DNA of 64,000 nt from Octopus vulgaris (lineage: Eukaryota), in contig OX597832.1 in assembly GCA_951406725.2 (NCBI GenBank), positions 27,032,001-27,096,000 of the forward strand. Reading direction: 5' to 3'. This document shows, piece after piece, positions 1 through 14,587 of this stretch. The number at the start of each line of letters is the position of its first letter. Position 1 is the first letter of the stretch. A program made the translations under genes and the position numbers. The notes under the pieces were generated by a model. The model was given only the letters and a program-made list of their open reading frames with translations, had not been told where the DNA came from and did no database searches.

Positions 1-399
1 CTTACAGTACAGCTACACCTGCACTTCACACATACACAGTTTTATTACAGGAGGCATGCCATATGATGTTACAGTGGTGACAGAACACCAGATTATATAG
101 ATATATGTATGTGCATGTATGTCTGTATGTATGTCTGTGTGTAGGCTTGTATACATTTGCCATGACATACAGTGTAGGTTAAAAATCTATAGATATGTTC
201 TATAGTACATCAGAGCAACGAAACAAAACACTGTTAACGCACTAGTAATTTAATACACACATACACACACGCACAGAGTGGGAGAGAGAACAAACCAATA
301 AGTCCTCCCAATATATCACATGTTACCGCCAAAAAAACAAAAGCAGAACCGGGGGTGGGGGGAGGGAAGTTTCTATAGAAATATGAGACACAGAGACAC

Positions 400-672
400 A
401 CTCATACATATGTATATACATACACAGAGGTATGTGGGGGGTATATGTATGTATATATACATACATACATACATATATATACATACATACATATATATAT
501 ACATATATACATACATATACATATATATATACATATATATGTACATACATACATATTTATATACATACATACATACATATTTATATACATACATACATAC
601 ATATTTATATACATACATACATACATATATATATACATACATACATATTTATATACATACATACATATTTAT

Positions 673-705
<33 letters not shown>

Positions 706-774
706 CATACATACATATATACATACATACATATATACATACATACATACATACATATATACATACATACATAT

Positions 775-807
<33 letters not shown>

Positions 808-859
808 TACATACATATATATATATACATACATATATATATACATACATACATATATA

Positions 860-892
<33 letters not shown>

Positions 893-910
893 ATGTATAT
901 ACATATACAC
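400..910. repeat. Compound (TA)n/(TACA)n/(TG)n microsatellite
   Basis: Direct inspection; similar tracts at 2290-2590 (TA, GATA, GACA), 18630-19400, 40690-40990, 45590-45720, 46735-46850, 47265-47655. Confidence 0.98.
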
Positions 911-1792
911 ACATGGGCACATATACAAGAACATATATAAACACAGACATATATAAACATATTGTGTATATTGTCACATGTCAGGGTTATGCGACCTCAT
1001 GTTAAATGAAATTTGTCATTCTCTTCATCAAGAAGCTTCTGGTTTCTGTCATTGTAAACAGTAGCCTTGTTCTACGGTGGTGGTGGTGGTGGTGGTGGTG
1101 GTGGTGAAGGTGGTGGTGGTGGTGGCGGTAGTAGTAGTAGTAGTAACAACAGTGGCAATGAGGTGATGGTGTGGAAAATATTAGCAATGTGATAGTGTGC
1201 TAGTTGTGATGATAGTGACGGTGGTGGAAGAGGGCGTGGGGGCTAGTTGTAATGGTGATAGTGGTGGTGGTGGTGGTTTGGGGTTAAATAATGATGACGA
1301 TGATGATGATGGTGATGATGAGGATGGTAAATGTCTTGGTGGGCCTCTCCATTCCACTGTGATGACAGACACCAGCTGCCACCAGTGACAAAACAGAACC
1401 AGAAGAGGTCTTCCGATGCCCCCCCAAAAACCCCCACCCCACCACCACCACCACACATATAAACATCAAGGAATCCACCAACCCTCCCACGACCATCACC
1501 ATAACCATCACCAAAAAACCTTGCTAGACAAATGCCTACCCACTCCCCACTGCCGACACCACCACCACCACAGCCATGCGACAGATGGAGAAGGTATTAA
1601 ACTGTGGAAGGAAGGAAGACAGCTAAGTCAGAGGGAGTGTCGGTCGGGAAGGGGGGGGGTGGGGAAATAGAATGGCGCGGGGTGGGGTGGGGGGAGTGCA
1701 GTTGGCGGGTGGGGTGGGGGAACTGGTGGTCAAAGCAGGAAAAGTGGAAATACTAATCCCATGAATTTAAAACAAGGAATGGCAGTGTTGAT

Positions 1793-1825
<33 letters not shown>

Positions 1826-2300
1826 ATGTGTGTGTGTACATGCACACACAAATACACATATATACATACATGTATATACATATATATATATATATATATA
1901 TACAATATTACATTAGCTGTTTGCCCCAGTATGGACTTAACTGGGATGGATAGAACAAAGTGAACATGTGTGTGTATGGTAGGAGACATGATAGGAAAAG
2001 GGGAGAAATATAGGAAAAAAAGGGAGAAGCAAAGGGAGAATGGGGTGAGAAGGGGGTGGGGGTGCCCGACCGCCGCCCCTCCCCTCCAGTCACACCTCAC
2101 ACTCACAAAAAGTTAACTTTTAACATCTGGCATGTTATTTAACCACACACACAGACACAGGCATGAGTGTGTGTGCATACATGATACATATACATACATA
2201 CACACACACACACATATAATAATAATAATAATAATAAATAGTAAATGCTATTTATCGTTTAATTGAATGCCACGCATCCATTTCCAAGTATTATATATAC

Positions 2301-2357
<57 letters not shown>

Positions 2358-2450
2358 TAGATAGATAGATAGATATATAGACAGATAGGTAGGTAGATAG
2401 ATAGATAGATAGATAGGTAGATAGACAGATAGATAGACAGATAGATAGAC

Positions 2451-2485
<35 letters not shown>

Positions 2486-2549
2486 TAGATAGGTAGGTAG
2501 GTAGATAGATAGATAGATAGATAGATAGATATATAGATAGGTAGGTACG

Positions 2550-2585
<36 letters not shown>

Positions 2586-3372
2586 TAGATTAGAGATATT
2601 AAAATACATACAAACATAAATATAGAAATACATTTGTACACAAACATAAAGCAGGTAATTATATTTAATACACATATTTTATACGCATCTACACCTCTCT
2701 CCTCTCAGACACATCTACTGGCATGTATACACACGTGTGTATATAGATATCTACCTACATCTGTTAACATTACAGTCACCCTTCTGCATAAGCATGTATT
2801 GTCTGTTTAGATATTATCAGTTTATATGACACATACATAATGTGGGGGGGAGAGATGTGGGGAGAGAGATGTGGGGAGAGAGAGAGAGAGAGAGAGTGAG
2901 AGAGAGAAAGAGTGTGTGTGTGTGCGTGTGTGTGTGTGAGGGGTTATACCCATGGTATGCAAGAGGTGAGGTTGGCATCTCTAGCGTGATAGCAGAGAAC
3001 CTTGGGTAATTGATATGGAAGATCTGCGGAAACTTGAGAAATATATGTGGCGGGAGTGAAGGGTGAGGAAATGTGTGTGTGTGTGTGGGGAATCGGTGGG
3101 GGTGGGGGAAACCCCTCGGAAGTACAGCATGAAATTTGAAAGGGGTGGCAGGAGAGAAACACAGACAGACATCTGTGATTTATGTTAGCACAGGACATTT
3201 TAATGTAACTGGTCAGTTGGGACAGATGACTCTTGACATGTGCAGAGTTATTTTTCGTTTGTTTTTGTTGTTTTCAATTACCAGCAAAAAGAGAGAAAGA
3301 ACACAAGGTATTACAAGTATTTCAAGAGACCAAGTCATTGCTGACACAATAAGAAATAATAATAATAATGAT

Positions 3373-3620
3373 AAATGCCCTGATGCAGTACCAGGCAGTG
3401 GCTCTCATGGCTTCTGATCTTAACTGATTGGAAGTGTTATCATGTACATTGTTTTGTCTTGGTATAAAAGATGGGCTGCAGCAAATATTCTGCTCAATAC
3501 CACAGATTTGCTTGTCAGTTGTTTGACCTTAACCAGTTGAGCATGTCCCTTAGTGGCTGACGATATGTGCATCTCTGATTACGAGCAGAAGTATTTGGGG
3601 GAACATCATAGCCATGTGTT
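3373..3620 (+). repeat. Interspersed repeat; reverse-oriented copy at ~55180-55815 is split by a TTAA MITE
   Basis: CAGCAAATATTCTGCTCA...GAGCATGTCCCTTAGTGGCTGACGATATGTGCATCTCTGAT is shared with 55700-55815. Confidence 0.8.
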
Positions 3621-3889
3621 CTTTTCTACTTTAGGCACAAGGCCCGAAATTTTTTGAGGAAGCAGGCCAGTCGATTAGATTGACCCCAGTACACAACTGG
3701 TACTTAATTTATCAACCCCATAAGGTTGAAAAGGAAAGTTGACCTCAGCAGAATTTGAACTCAGACCGTAAAGACAGACGAAATACCAGACCCAATCAAA
3801 CTGTCCAACCCATGCCAGCATGGACAACAGATGTTAAATGATGATGATGATGATACAATATATATATAGTGAGAGAGGGTGAGAGAGAT

Positions 3890-3936
<47 letters not shown>

Positions 3937-4399
3937 CCTCTTCATGAATTTATGTGTGCGTATTCAAATACAACTGTGAAACAGCTATATAATTATATAC
4001 ACTTGGCTGCATCTGTCTTGCAATTGCCATAACGTCTGCGCCCTCAAAATATGCATGCAACTGCCTTATGGTATATGCATGTACATCACACAGGACCCAA
4101 CCTTAAGAAACAAACGTACGCAAACCACCACCAACCCTGCCACCATCACCATCATTACTATGGTAACCAACAGAGAGGAAATTATTAGCTCAACAGATGA
4201 AATTAACAGCCATATACGAGATGATATTATCCAAAATTGCTGTTCTACCTTATTATACACTACTGTTCTATATTATATAGACAACACCATTGTTCTACCT
4301 TATATAGACAACACTATCTGTTGTCACTTTACTTGTTGGTGTGTGTGTAAGTGTTGATCTACCCATCCATTTTTAAGAGAAGGGACTTTTCTACATAAT

Positions 4400-4983
4400 A
4401 TAAACAATATGTACTGCATGAGAAGACCTGGCAAGCCAAGTGAGACCATAACCCGTGGTCTATGCCAGAAGTGTAACCAACCCGCTTATGCGTACCTTTC
4501 CTTCATTGGACACAAAACTCTGCTTGCAAAGACCTGTTGAGGCAAGTGAAATCAAAATGAAACCAAATTCGTAAATTTGATGACTGGCACCTGTACCAGT
4601 GGCGTGCTAAGAGCACCATCCAAGGGTGACCACTGCCAGAGCAACTGACTGGCTTCCATGCTGGTGGCATGTATAAAGCACCATTCAAACGTGATCGTTA
4701 CTAGCATAGCCTTACTGGCTCCTGTGCAGGTGGCATGTAAAAAGCACCACTTGGGTGTGACCGTTGCCAGTACCGCCTGATTAGCCCTCATGGCTGTGGC
4801 ATGTAAAAGCACCCACTAAACTCTCGGAGTGGTTGGAGTTAGGAAGGGCATCCAGCTGTAGAAACTCTGCCAGATCAGATTGGAGCCTGGTGCAGCCATC
4901 TGGTTTGCCAGTCCTCAGTCAAATCATCCAACCCATGCTAGCATGGAAAGCAGATGTTAAACGATGATGATGATAATGATGAT
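4400..4983 (+). mobile_element. RTE 3' UTR fragment with ~65-nt internal repeats and (GAT)n tail
   Basis: Shared terminal core GTTAGGAAGGGCATCCAGCTGTAGAAAC...CCCATGCTAGCATGG. Further copies at about 3790-3855, 7860-8170, 23270-23450, 24030-24250, 33858-34200, 38000-38160, 41890-42160, 42315-42620, 55850-56010, 58935-59300, 60820-61405, 62693-62900, 63610-63870. Confidence 0.85.
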
Positions 4984-4994
4984 ATATATATAAA

Positions 4995-5426
4995 TATATG
5001 AATATATATACATATGAATATATATGAATATATATGTATATGTATGTATATATACATATATGTGAATATATATGTATATGTATGTATATATACATATATG
5101 TGAATATATATGTATATGCATGTATATATACATATATGTGAATATATATGTATATGCATATATATATACATATATGTGAATATATATGTATATGCATATA
5201 TATATACATATATGTGAATATATATGTATATGCATATATATATACATATATGTGAATATATATGTATATGCATATATATATACATATATGTGAATATATA
5301 TGTATATGCATATATATATACATATATGTGAATATATATATGTATATGCATATATATATACATATATGTGAATATATATATGTATATGCATATATATATA
5401 CATATATGTGAATATATATATGTATA

Positions 5427-5512
<86 letters not shown>
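4995..5512. repeat. ~38-40-bp minisatellite (GTGAATATATATGTATATGCATATATATACATATAT) x~11 followed by long (TA)n
   Basis: Regular recurrence of GTGAATATATATGTATATGC. Confidence 0.95.
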
Positions 5513-5515
<3 letters not shown>

Positions 5516-5714
5516 CTATATTTTGGAATGGTCATTTTGCCAGTTTAGCCAATAAAAACACACGCACTATATATTTCAGTGATATTTATTTTTTACATTA
5601 ATCTTAATCTTATAGTGCGTGTGTCTTTATTGGCTAAACTGGCAAAATGACCATTCCGAAAAATAACAATATCTGTTCCAACACACGACTTCACAAAAAA
5701 TCTTGCACAACAAA
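5511..5714 (+). mobile_element. Penelope-like family D remnant: 61-bp inverted arms + tail, in (TA)n
   Basis: Arms 5511-5571 and 5611-5671; tail TCTGTTCCAACACACGACTTCACAAAAAATCTTGCAC resembles the family B and C tails. Confidence 0.6.
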
Positions 5715-5745
5715 TATATAAACGTACTATTTATATACATATATA

Positions 5746-5958
5746 GGCGGCGAGCTGGCAGAAGCGTTAGCACGCCGGGCGAAGTGCTTTGCGGTATTTC
5801 GTCTGCCGTTACGTTCTGAGTTCAAATTCCGCCAAGGTCGACTTTGCCTTTCATCCTCTCGGGGTCGATAAATAAAGGACCAGTTTCACACTGGGTTGAT
5901 GTAATCGACTTAATCCCTTTGTCTGTCCTTGTTTGTCCCCTCTATGTTTAGCCCCTTA
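5746..5958 (+). mobile_element. SINE family 2 (GGCGGCGAGCTGGCAGAA head)
   Basis: B-box-like GAGTTCAAATTCC; core GTCGACTTTGCCTTTCATCCT..GGGGTCGATAAA. Other copies at about 3625-3790(-), 11150-11372(+), 16330-16900, 51630-52020(+), 52800-53020(-), 54760-55165(+), 60570-60780(-). Confidence 0.88.
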
Positions 5959-5961
5959 GAA

Positions 5962-6005
<44 letters not shown>

Positions 6006-9000
6006 GTATATACAAACACACACACATACATTCTATGTAATACAAGCAGAGTCACAATTTTGCTCTTCTCTGTCAGTCATTACTCAATTCGACCAGCAAT
6101 CACTCTTCCCTATATATCTATCTATCTATTTATCTAGCCATCTCTATGCCTCTCTATGCATCCATCAGTCAATCGAAGTCAGACAGACACACTGCAATAC
6201 AATTTTCCTCTTCTTTCTTCATCTAACTTAGTTAATAACCTGTTGTATAAAATATAAACATTGTCCTCCCCGCCTCTCTCTCTCTCTCTCTCTCTCTACA
6301 TACACACACACAGCTATATATAACCATCATACATCTATTTCCACACTCTCTATATATAGAATCCAGTAAAATAGTCCGAGTCTAATCGTTCAATAGATTA
6401 TCCATAATTATTGATTTTATTCTGAGCTCCAAGACTATTTTGGTAAAAGGGTGGACGCTCTGAAACAATTGATCTGATTCAACGTATTACTGCTATCTAT
6501 TATGTCGACCCGGCATTGAAGAAAACTTAAGTGGATACAGCAGGATTTGAACTCTAGATTACAAAATATGGAACCAGTAGCCTACCACATGCTAACTGGT
6601 CCCCAGCATATTAGTACTAAACACGTTGTTCTGATAATAACATGGTATTTGTTTTTTTTGCTGGCTTGGATCACCAACCACTTCACAGGGTTTACCAGGT
6701 ACATTTATCATGACACCAACACTAGAGAGGTTGTCAAGAGTAAACAGGCCCTCTCTCACCCATATATTGTTTCTACTCATTTGCCAAGCAATTTACAGAA
6801 TGTACTGGGTGGATGTTATCATGCTGGTGGAGTAGCATTGGGGTGGGTACACACACACACACACACACACACACATAGCCTCCATCCACTACTCCATATA
6901 TAGCCATTTGCTAAAATATATTTAAGTGGCGGTGGCGGCGTTAACACAGAATTTTTGAACAGCTCTAGACACAAAGATTTATGATGTTAAATGCTTGCTT
7001 ACATGAATGCTGTATTGAGAAGTAGAGAGAGAGAGAGAGGTTGAAAGAAAGAGAGAAAGAGATATGAGAGATGTTAAGCAACACTTGTATCATCGTAAAT
7101 GGAGTATGTAGCACTCTTTAAATGTATTGGCAGTTAACACACAGACACTGGCCAACTTCAAACTAAAACAACAACATATATAAAAAAGTTTAAATGTCAA
7201 AGACAAGATTTCGTCATTTTCTTTCAGTGTACAACTGACAATGTTCAAAACACAGACATGATTTAATTATTTCCTCTACAGCATATAACTGACAATATTT
7301 ACACATCTATTCTACATCTCTATATCAGTTTTGTCTCTGATCATCATCAAACATTTTATTCCTGGATATACATATGACCCCAGAAAGGAGTCAAACTAGA
7401 ACCTTTTATGTCTAAACTAAGAGGACTAATGTTCTTATCCGTGAAGCTATCACCCATTGAGTTTACAAATCACAGTGCCTGGTTCAAATCCAGTCTGAGA
7501 CTATGTATTTACATCCGGTAGAGACAATGTGTTTAGTTAAGTCCCCTGTATGAGACATGCTTTTCTTTCCCTGCTGTGAAGTAGAGGGGTTGCAATAGAT
7601 TAGATTAGACCTCAGTATTGAACAGGTATTTTGTTTTACCGATCCCTACTGCCACCACCACTAGGAGGAGGAAAGTAAAAAATGTCATTGGCAGGGTCGG
7701 AACATTTTCCTGAATGATGTCGATTTCTGAGACACAGCATCATAAATTTATGATGAATAATAATAATGTGGGACATTCGTCCATATCATAATAGTAACAC
7801 CATCATAAAGGAGGTGGAGGGGGGGATAGCCAGCATCAACACCTGAGAGAATGTGACATTCATACATCATCATCATCGTTTAACGTCCGTTTTCCGCGCT
7901 AGCACGGGTTGGACGGTTTCGACCGGGGTGTGGGGAGCCAGGGGCTGCCCCAGGCTCCAGTCTGGTCTGGCAGTGTTTCTACAGCTGGATGCCCTTCCTA
8001 ACGCCAACCACTCCGCGAGTGTAGTGGGTGCTTTTTACGTGCCACCTGCACAGGTGCCAGAGGGGTCTGGCATCGGCCACAGTCGGTTGTGCTTTTTATG
8101 TGCCACCTGCACAGAAGCCAGTCGGGGCGGTGCTGCCATCGGCCACGTTCGGATGGTGCTTTTTATGTGGGGGGGGTGCAGAAATGTAGGGGAGCACCAG
8201 TGGGGAGGGGTGGTTCAGAGAAATTAAACAAAAATAATATGAGCATAAAGAAACATGATTTTGTGCAAACCCTGTGAACATGTGGCTTTCATTCATATCA
8301 GAAAAGTAATATAAGTATAAACAGTGCAAATTAACAGTAATTAATTCTCCCTCATAGTATTACCACTTACATTTTATTTTTAATTGGTGTTAATTAATTT
8401 ATGTTCTCGGGGTTATCTCCCCTGCCTTTCTTAACCAGAATTAACCAGGATTTAATCGTAATATCAATTCTTTATCCGCACTACAGCTGTAGTTTTAATT
8501 AGTTAAAATTTCCTCACTTACTACAATAAGTACATTAGCACTGATCTTATCATTTGGGTTTCCATGCAGAGCAAGCCCCCAGGCATTCCAACACACACAC
8601 GCACACATTACCAGTCCTTATTTTGAGTTATAAAAAAACACGGAAGTCTAAGGAATCGGTTAACTCACAGATTACATCTAACTCCACCATATTTACAACA
8701 CATCCAAGAAAAATTCAAATTCTTCATTCAAAGAGGGCAGAATGGGGGGTGGGGTGGATTGATGTTTGGGGGTTGGGAAAGCTGCCTGCTTTGTTCCGTT
8801 CCACTTATTGTTTGCCTTTCTCGTTAACATCTCTGCATTGTTGTTCACTAATTAATTTATTCTAATTAAATGCCAAAAAACATATTCTAAACTGATTAAC
8901 TTTTGCTTAACAAAAAAATCTCACAAGAATAAATCTTGCTGAGATTATAGAAGTGTTAGGTTGGAGGGAATTAGGGGGGGTATATTGGGTGGTGGTGGGG

Positions 9001-9889
9001 GCATAACCACAACTAGTGAACATGAAGCTCATAGTTTCAAATCTCAGGTCTGCATTATCTTTTATTTTTCCCTCTTTTTTTTCACTTGTTTTGGTTATAG
9101 GACTGTGACCATGCTGGGGCACTGGCTTGAAGGCTTTTAGCCAAACAAATCACCACCAATAATTATTTTGAAGTTTGGTACCAAACCTATCTTTTTTGGC
9201 AAACTGCTATGTTACAGGGACAAAAACAAAGGAACTCTGGTTGTCAAGTGATGATGGGAGGCAAAAGCAACACATACACACACACATATGTACACAACAG
9301 ACTTCCACAGTTATTGGTCAAGCTAGGGCTGTAGCAGAAAACACTTTTCCAAGGTGCTGTGCTGTGCAGTGGAGCTGAACCCAGAACCACCTAGCTGCAA
9401 AGTGAGCAATCCCTATTCTGAAGATATGAGCCTGAAACTAAATCCTCTGAGACTGTCTCTGGTCCTTTAAAAAAACAACAAAAAAACCAGCCTGATGCCA
9501 GATCAACTGAAACTGTTTCTGGTTCGAAGATAACAATCTGATATTAAATCGCTTGAAACTGACCCTTTTCTCAAAATACCAAATCTACCAATATCAATCA
9601 TGGTTTGATGATTATCAACCGACCTGAAACCTCCCGTATCAGAGAATCAATCAACATCTTATTATATGAATGATAAAGAGGAACACATCGGCAAAGACAA
9701 CTGATAAACCATTGCATTCAAGCCAAAAATACCTTTGGTAATTGTTCCACCTAAGTTGCACAGACACTCCTTTGTTATTCTCACCATTTTAAATGTAAGC
9801 AATCAGTGACTGAATCATTGCACATCAATAGCCAATAATACGATTGCCAACTGAAAACTGATGACTAACAATACAATTAGCTAACTGGA

Positions 9890-10425
9890 AATGTTAGATA
9901 AAGTCGCATGTAAGAAAGAAATTAGAATACAGCTAGCCATGGCAAGAACATCCAGGGAAAAGCTTCATAACATCTGGACAAGGCTAGTTTGAGTGCTCAT
10001 TTGGTCAACAGGCATTTATGGTTGCAAAGGATGGACTCTGAAGGAAATTGAAGAGAACATAATGCGTATGAAATGTGGATGTACAGGAGAATGTTATGGG
10101 TCTCTTACAAGGGTCATCAGATGAATGGATGAATGTTATAACAAGAAGGTGAAAGACAACAATTCCTGAACATTGTGGAAAAACTAAAGTTTAACTATTA
10201 CGGCCATATTTGAAGAAGCAGCAGAGGTTTTGGAAAACATTATCAGGGAAGGAAGCACAGAGGGTAGCAGATGAAGAGGCAGGCAAAGAACAAAATAGAT
10301 GGACAATATCAAGAGCCGGATGGGACAGGAGTTGCAAGGCGGTTGAAAAACTGGAGCTTAATTGAGAAGGCTTCTGTAGTAATGTCATCAATGCATTTCA
10401 GGCTTACGATACATGATAATGATGA
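9890..10425 (+). mobile_element. Degenerate RTE-like LINE fragment (different family)
   Basis: Broken frames read KEIRIQLAMAR, IYGCKGWTLK, EMWMYRRMLWVSY; ends in GAT-rich tail. Confidence 0.7.
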
Positions 10426-11830
10426 ACTAGAGACCAATAACCAATGACATGATTGGCTCATTACTAATCAATAGCCAATGCAAATCAACAATTTTGGGCC
10501 AATGCAAATCAACAATTCCTAGCACAGTTGGCCAAATGCAAACCTATAGCAAACAATACTAGTTTCCACAAAACACACAATATAAAATACAGAAATTATA
10601 AATAATGACAAAATTTACTAGTGTTAATTAAAAGCCTAAAATATTTACTGAAGATTTAATATTAATTCCGGTTCCCATTGCTTTAACAATTAGTCGTAAT
10701 TAACTATAATTATAGTTAATTATGCTTCAATCATTAATTTATAACCATGAGTTAAAAGTCTAGGTGTGCATTTGTTTTTAGTTCTTTAGAAGTGTGAGAA
10801 AGATGGGGTGGTGAGTGTTAGGTAGAGGTGAGATTAATACAAGTGGAGAGGGCAGCACCGCTTCCATTTCAAATGAGATCTTATTTTATTTCATTCATAT
10901 TACAAATACATTAGGAGAAAGCATGAAGAATGCAAATACACATCTATCCACCCTTATACCATTGAGACTGTATGGCCACTGCCACTAACATCCGATTATC
11001 ATTGGTATTTCAACTGGAAAACTGAAATAGCCGAATTGTTGAATAAACAAGACCACCACCAGTGACAGATGTTTCTGGACAGGTCACTTTATTCCACATG
11101 CCCAACTCACTAACAGTAACTGGACAGTGGCAGTAGTTATGGTTATTAAGATGGCGAGCTGGTAGAAACGGTAGCATGCCGGGCGAAATGCTTAGCAGTA
11201 TTCCGCCTGCCATTACATTCTGAGTTCAAATTCCACCGAGGTCGACTTTGTCTTTCATCCTTTCGGGGTCGATAAATTAAGTACCAGTTGCACACTGGGG
11301 TTGATGTAATCGACTTAACCCCTTTGTCTGTCCCCTTTATGTTTAGCCCCTTGTGGGCAATAAAGAAATAAGTAGTTATGGTCATTCACCAAACAAAAAT
11401 AATCTTGTTCCAAATAGGTATAGCTGTGTGGTACAAAGCTTGCTTCCCAATCACGCGATTCCAGGTTCAGTACCACTGCATGGCACCTCGGGCAAGTGTC
11501 TTCTACTAAAGCCTCAGGCCAACTAAAGCCTTGTGGGTCAATTTGGTACATGGAAACTAGAAGAAGCCCATCATGTGTGTGTGTGTGTGTGTTTGTATCT
11601 ATGTTAGTCTCCCACCACTGCTTGACAATTGGTAGCAGTGTGTTCAAGTCACTGTAACTCAGTGGTTCAGCAAAAGAGACTGATAGAATAAGTACCAGGC
11701 TTTTTAAAAAAAGTATGTACTGGGGTCGATTCATTCAACTAAAAATTCTTCAAGGTGGTGCCCCAGAATGGCCACAGTCTAACGAAGGAAACAAATAAAG
11801 GATAAAAGACTAAAATATGTTGGTGTACTG

Positions 11831-12248
11831 CAGGAGTGGGGAAAACCCCACCCATGGGCTCAATTGCGCCCATGAGCCCACTTTATTGCGCCCGCAGGTT
11901 GGTATACTTGTTTGTACAAAAGATAGTCAATTTTTCAATCATAAAATTTATACAATACTCGTATGCTTCTTTGCGACATAGGTAACGTTTCCACCATGAC
12001 TTAAAATGGTTAGACTCAAACAGAAAATCGTCCGGTAATTACCATTTGAATGGAAATTTTGTTTTCACAATAAAACACATATTGCTAGGTTTGTCCCACC
12101 CCCTTGAGACCCAACTACATTCTAGCTGAGAAATATAGAATACCGCATAAGTAATATAAACGTCCTAAATTCAGTGGCAGCTTTAATGAAGACGGTACGC
12201 ATTAATTTAATGAGTTAAACTTATCTTTATTAATGTGTCTCAAATTAT

Positions 12249-12305
<57 letters not shown>

Positions 12306-12404
12306 AGATTTACACAGATATAAGAATTAGAACTTGTGATCCACTCGCAGGCCTTTTCCTTTGAAAATTTTTGGCTGCCGTATTAAAATGTTTCCCCACC
12401 CCTG
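11831..12404. mobile_element. Non-autonomous hAT-like DNA transposon
   Basis: TIRs CAGGAGTGGGGAAA / TTTCCCCACCCCTG; 8-bp TSD GTGTACTG/GTGTACAG (7/8 match). Confidence 0.75.
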
Positions 12405-13388
12405 GTGTACAGGAAAGAATTCGAACCTTAAAAAAAATCCTGCAAAACCAGGGAATGTCTTAAGCACTGAGTATAAAGTCCGAACTTTGACATGCTGTGG
12501 TTTAGGAGTGGCACCAACAGCAATGGAGAACAGCATAAAACACTCACGGGGCTCCTATGGCACTACGACTCTTTTACTTGTTTCAGTCATTTGACTGTGG
12601 CCATGCTGCAGCACCGCCTTTTAGCCGAGGAAATCGACCCCGGGACTTATTCTTTGTAAGCGTAGTACAATAAGTTACAAGGACGCAAACACACCAGCAT
12701 CAGTTGTCAAGCAATGTTGGAGGGGGGGGACAAACACAAACACATATATACGATGGGCTTCTTTCAGTTTCCATCTACCAAATCTACTCATAAGGCTTTG
12801 GTCGGCCCGAGTCTATAGTAGAAGACACTTGCCCAAGGTGCCACGCAGTGAGACTGAACCCGGATCCATGTGGTTGGTAAGCAAGCTACTTACCACACAG
12901 CCACTCCTGTGCCTAAATATTTTCTACAGAAACTAAATAGATATGTTTGGGAAGCTTGGCAAAAAAATGCTTCTGGTAAAAATACTTGGCAAAAAGTATG
13001 GTGTTCCAACAGTGACAAAAGTGCTGAACACTGCTTCATTTTCCCCCCAGACACCGCATCAAAGATGAAATATTTCCTGGCAAGTCTCAGACAGCAAGAA
13101 TAGCTCAAAGCTGACATTTTAAAAGGAAATTCTATGAAATGAAATTACACATCCAGTCAGCTTAAACACTGGCATATACTTCAGCTTTGTCTTTTAATTG
13201 TTGTCAGTCAGCAGACTGTGGCCATGCTGGAGCACCACTTCAAGAATTTTAGTCAAACAAATTGATCCTAATACTTATTTTATCAGTCTCTTTGGTTGAA
13301 CTGCTAAGTTAGAGTGCTGTAAACACAACAACAGACAAACAGACAAATAGACATTGTGTATGTATGTATGTATGTATATATATATATA

Positions 13389-13578
13389 TATAACCAAGAA
13401 AAATGCAACAAGAATGGATTAGTAGTTTAGTACTAAACTACTAATCCATTCTTGTTGCTTTTTTCTTGGTTATAATCACCCCACATTATTTTAAACAATT
13501 CTGGTGCATCTAAGTTAAGTACCATATTCATTTGAATTCATTGGAATTCACTTGAATCTTAATTGTTTTTGCTGAAAG
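13389..13578 (+). mobile_element. Loopless 86-bp palindrome + ~105-nt tail in a SINE's central (TA)n; probable PLE remnant
   Basis: 13389-13474 is palindromic around AGT|ACT with one T-T mismatch; (TA)n on both sides. Confidence 0.5.
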
Positions 13579-14173
13579 TATATATATATATATATATATA
13601 TGGCAGGCTTCTTTCAGTTTCTGTCTACCAAATCCACTGACAATGCTTTGGTTGGCCCAAGGCTATATAGTAGAAGACATTTGCCCAAAGTGTCATGCAT
13701 TGGGACTGAACCAAGAACCATGTGGTTGGGAAGCGAACTTCCAACCACACAGCCACACCTGCAAATCTACAGTAGTTTTGTAGATTTTGGTATTTCTCTT
13801 CATAGAATACAATGATTCAAATATGGGGTACACAGATCCTTTGGTGTGTTAGGGGCTAAAGACAAGTAAGGAATCACATTTTTGTTGGTCAAATCAAGCA
13901 TGAAGGAGCAGGTGTCCAGTGGGTGCTTCGAGGTAGGCAGTTTTGTATTTTTGCCAGAAAAGGGTGGCATGTAAGTCGATGATGGCAACATGCAAGTTTG
14001 TTTGACAGAGGGCATAACATGTGAACACACACGCAAGGTTTGGAAGCTGGCATTCTGTCAAGGAGCAGCCAGAGGGATGCAGAGGGAGAGAGAGAAAGAA
14101 AGAAAGAGAGAGAGAAAAAGATAGTGGTATGTCGGCAGTAGCAAGAGAATAACTGGTACAAAACACAGATACA

Positions 14174-14587
14174 GGCGTAGGAGTGGCTGTGTGGTACGTA
14201 GCTTGCTTACCAACCACATGGTTCCGGGTTCAGTCCCACTGCGTGGCACCTTGGGCAAGTGTCTTTTACTATAGCCTCAGGCCGACCAAAGCCTTGTCAG
14301 TGGATTTGGTAGACGGAAACTGAAAGAAGCCCGCCGTATATATATCTATGTGTGTATGTATATGTTTGCGTGTCTATGCTTGTCCCCCACCAACATCACT
14401 TGACAACCGATGCTGGTGTGTTTATGTCCCCGTAACTTAGCAGTTTGGCAAAAGAGACCGATAGAATAAGTACTGGGCTTACAAAGAATAAGTCCTGGTG
14501 TCGATTTGCTTGACTAAAGTCGGTGCTCCAGCATGGCCACAGTCAAAGGACTGAAACAAGTAAAAGAGAGAGAGAGAGAGTAAAGAG
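14174..14587 (+). mobile_element. tRNA-derived SINE family 1, full length (central microsatellite, AAGAG(T) tail)
   Basis: Pol III-like head GGAGTGGCTGTGTGGTA...GGTTCAGTCCC and CORE-like CCTTGGGCAAGT. Other copies at about 9075-9410(-), 11418-11810(+), 12570-12913(-), 13190-13760(-), 21138-21530(+), 25954-26357(+), 36985-37257(-), 39410-39990(-), 40556-40690(+), 42998-43390(+), 49190-49565(+), 50995-51220(+), 52253-52643(+), 53225-53586(+). Confidence 0.92.

Noticed and set aside
320-1005. Long YIHT/MYVC-type ORFs here and at 2.3, 5, 18-19, 40 and 47 kb
   Set aside because: Translations of TA/TACA/GATA microsatellites, which lack stop codons
1645-1722. Dense G-runs (G-quadruplex potential)
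   Set aside because: Common in this low-complexity DNA; no functional context
2950-3023. Minus-strand exon candidate after tttccgcag
   Set aside because: Weak donor (GTATAA) and no recognisable protein
4995-5430. Regular ~38-bp periodicity resembling a CRISPR array
   Set aside because: Head-to-tail units without unique spacers; eukaryotic context; no cas genes
14174-14245. tRNA-like sequence
   Set aside because: Head of a multi-copy SINE, not a tRNA gene
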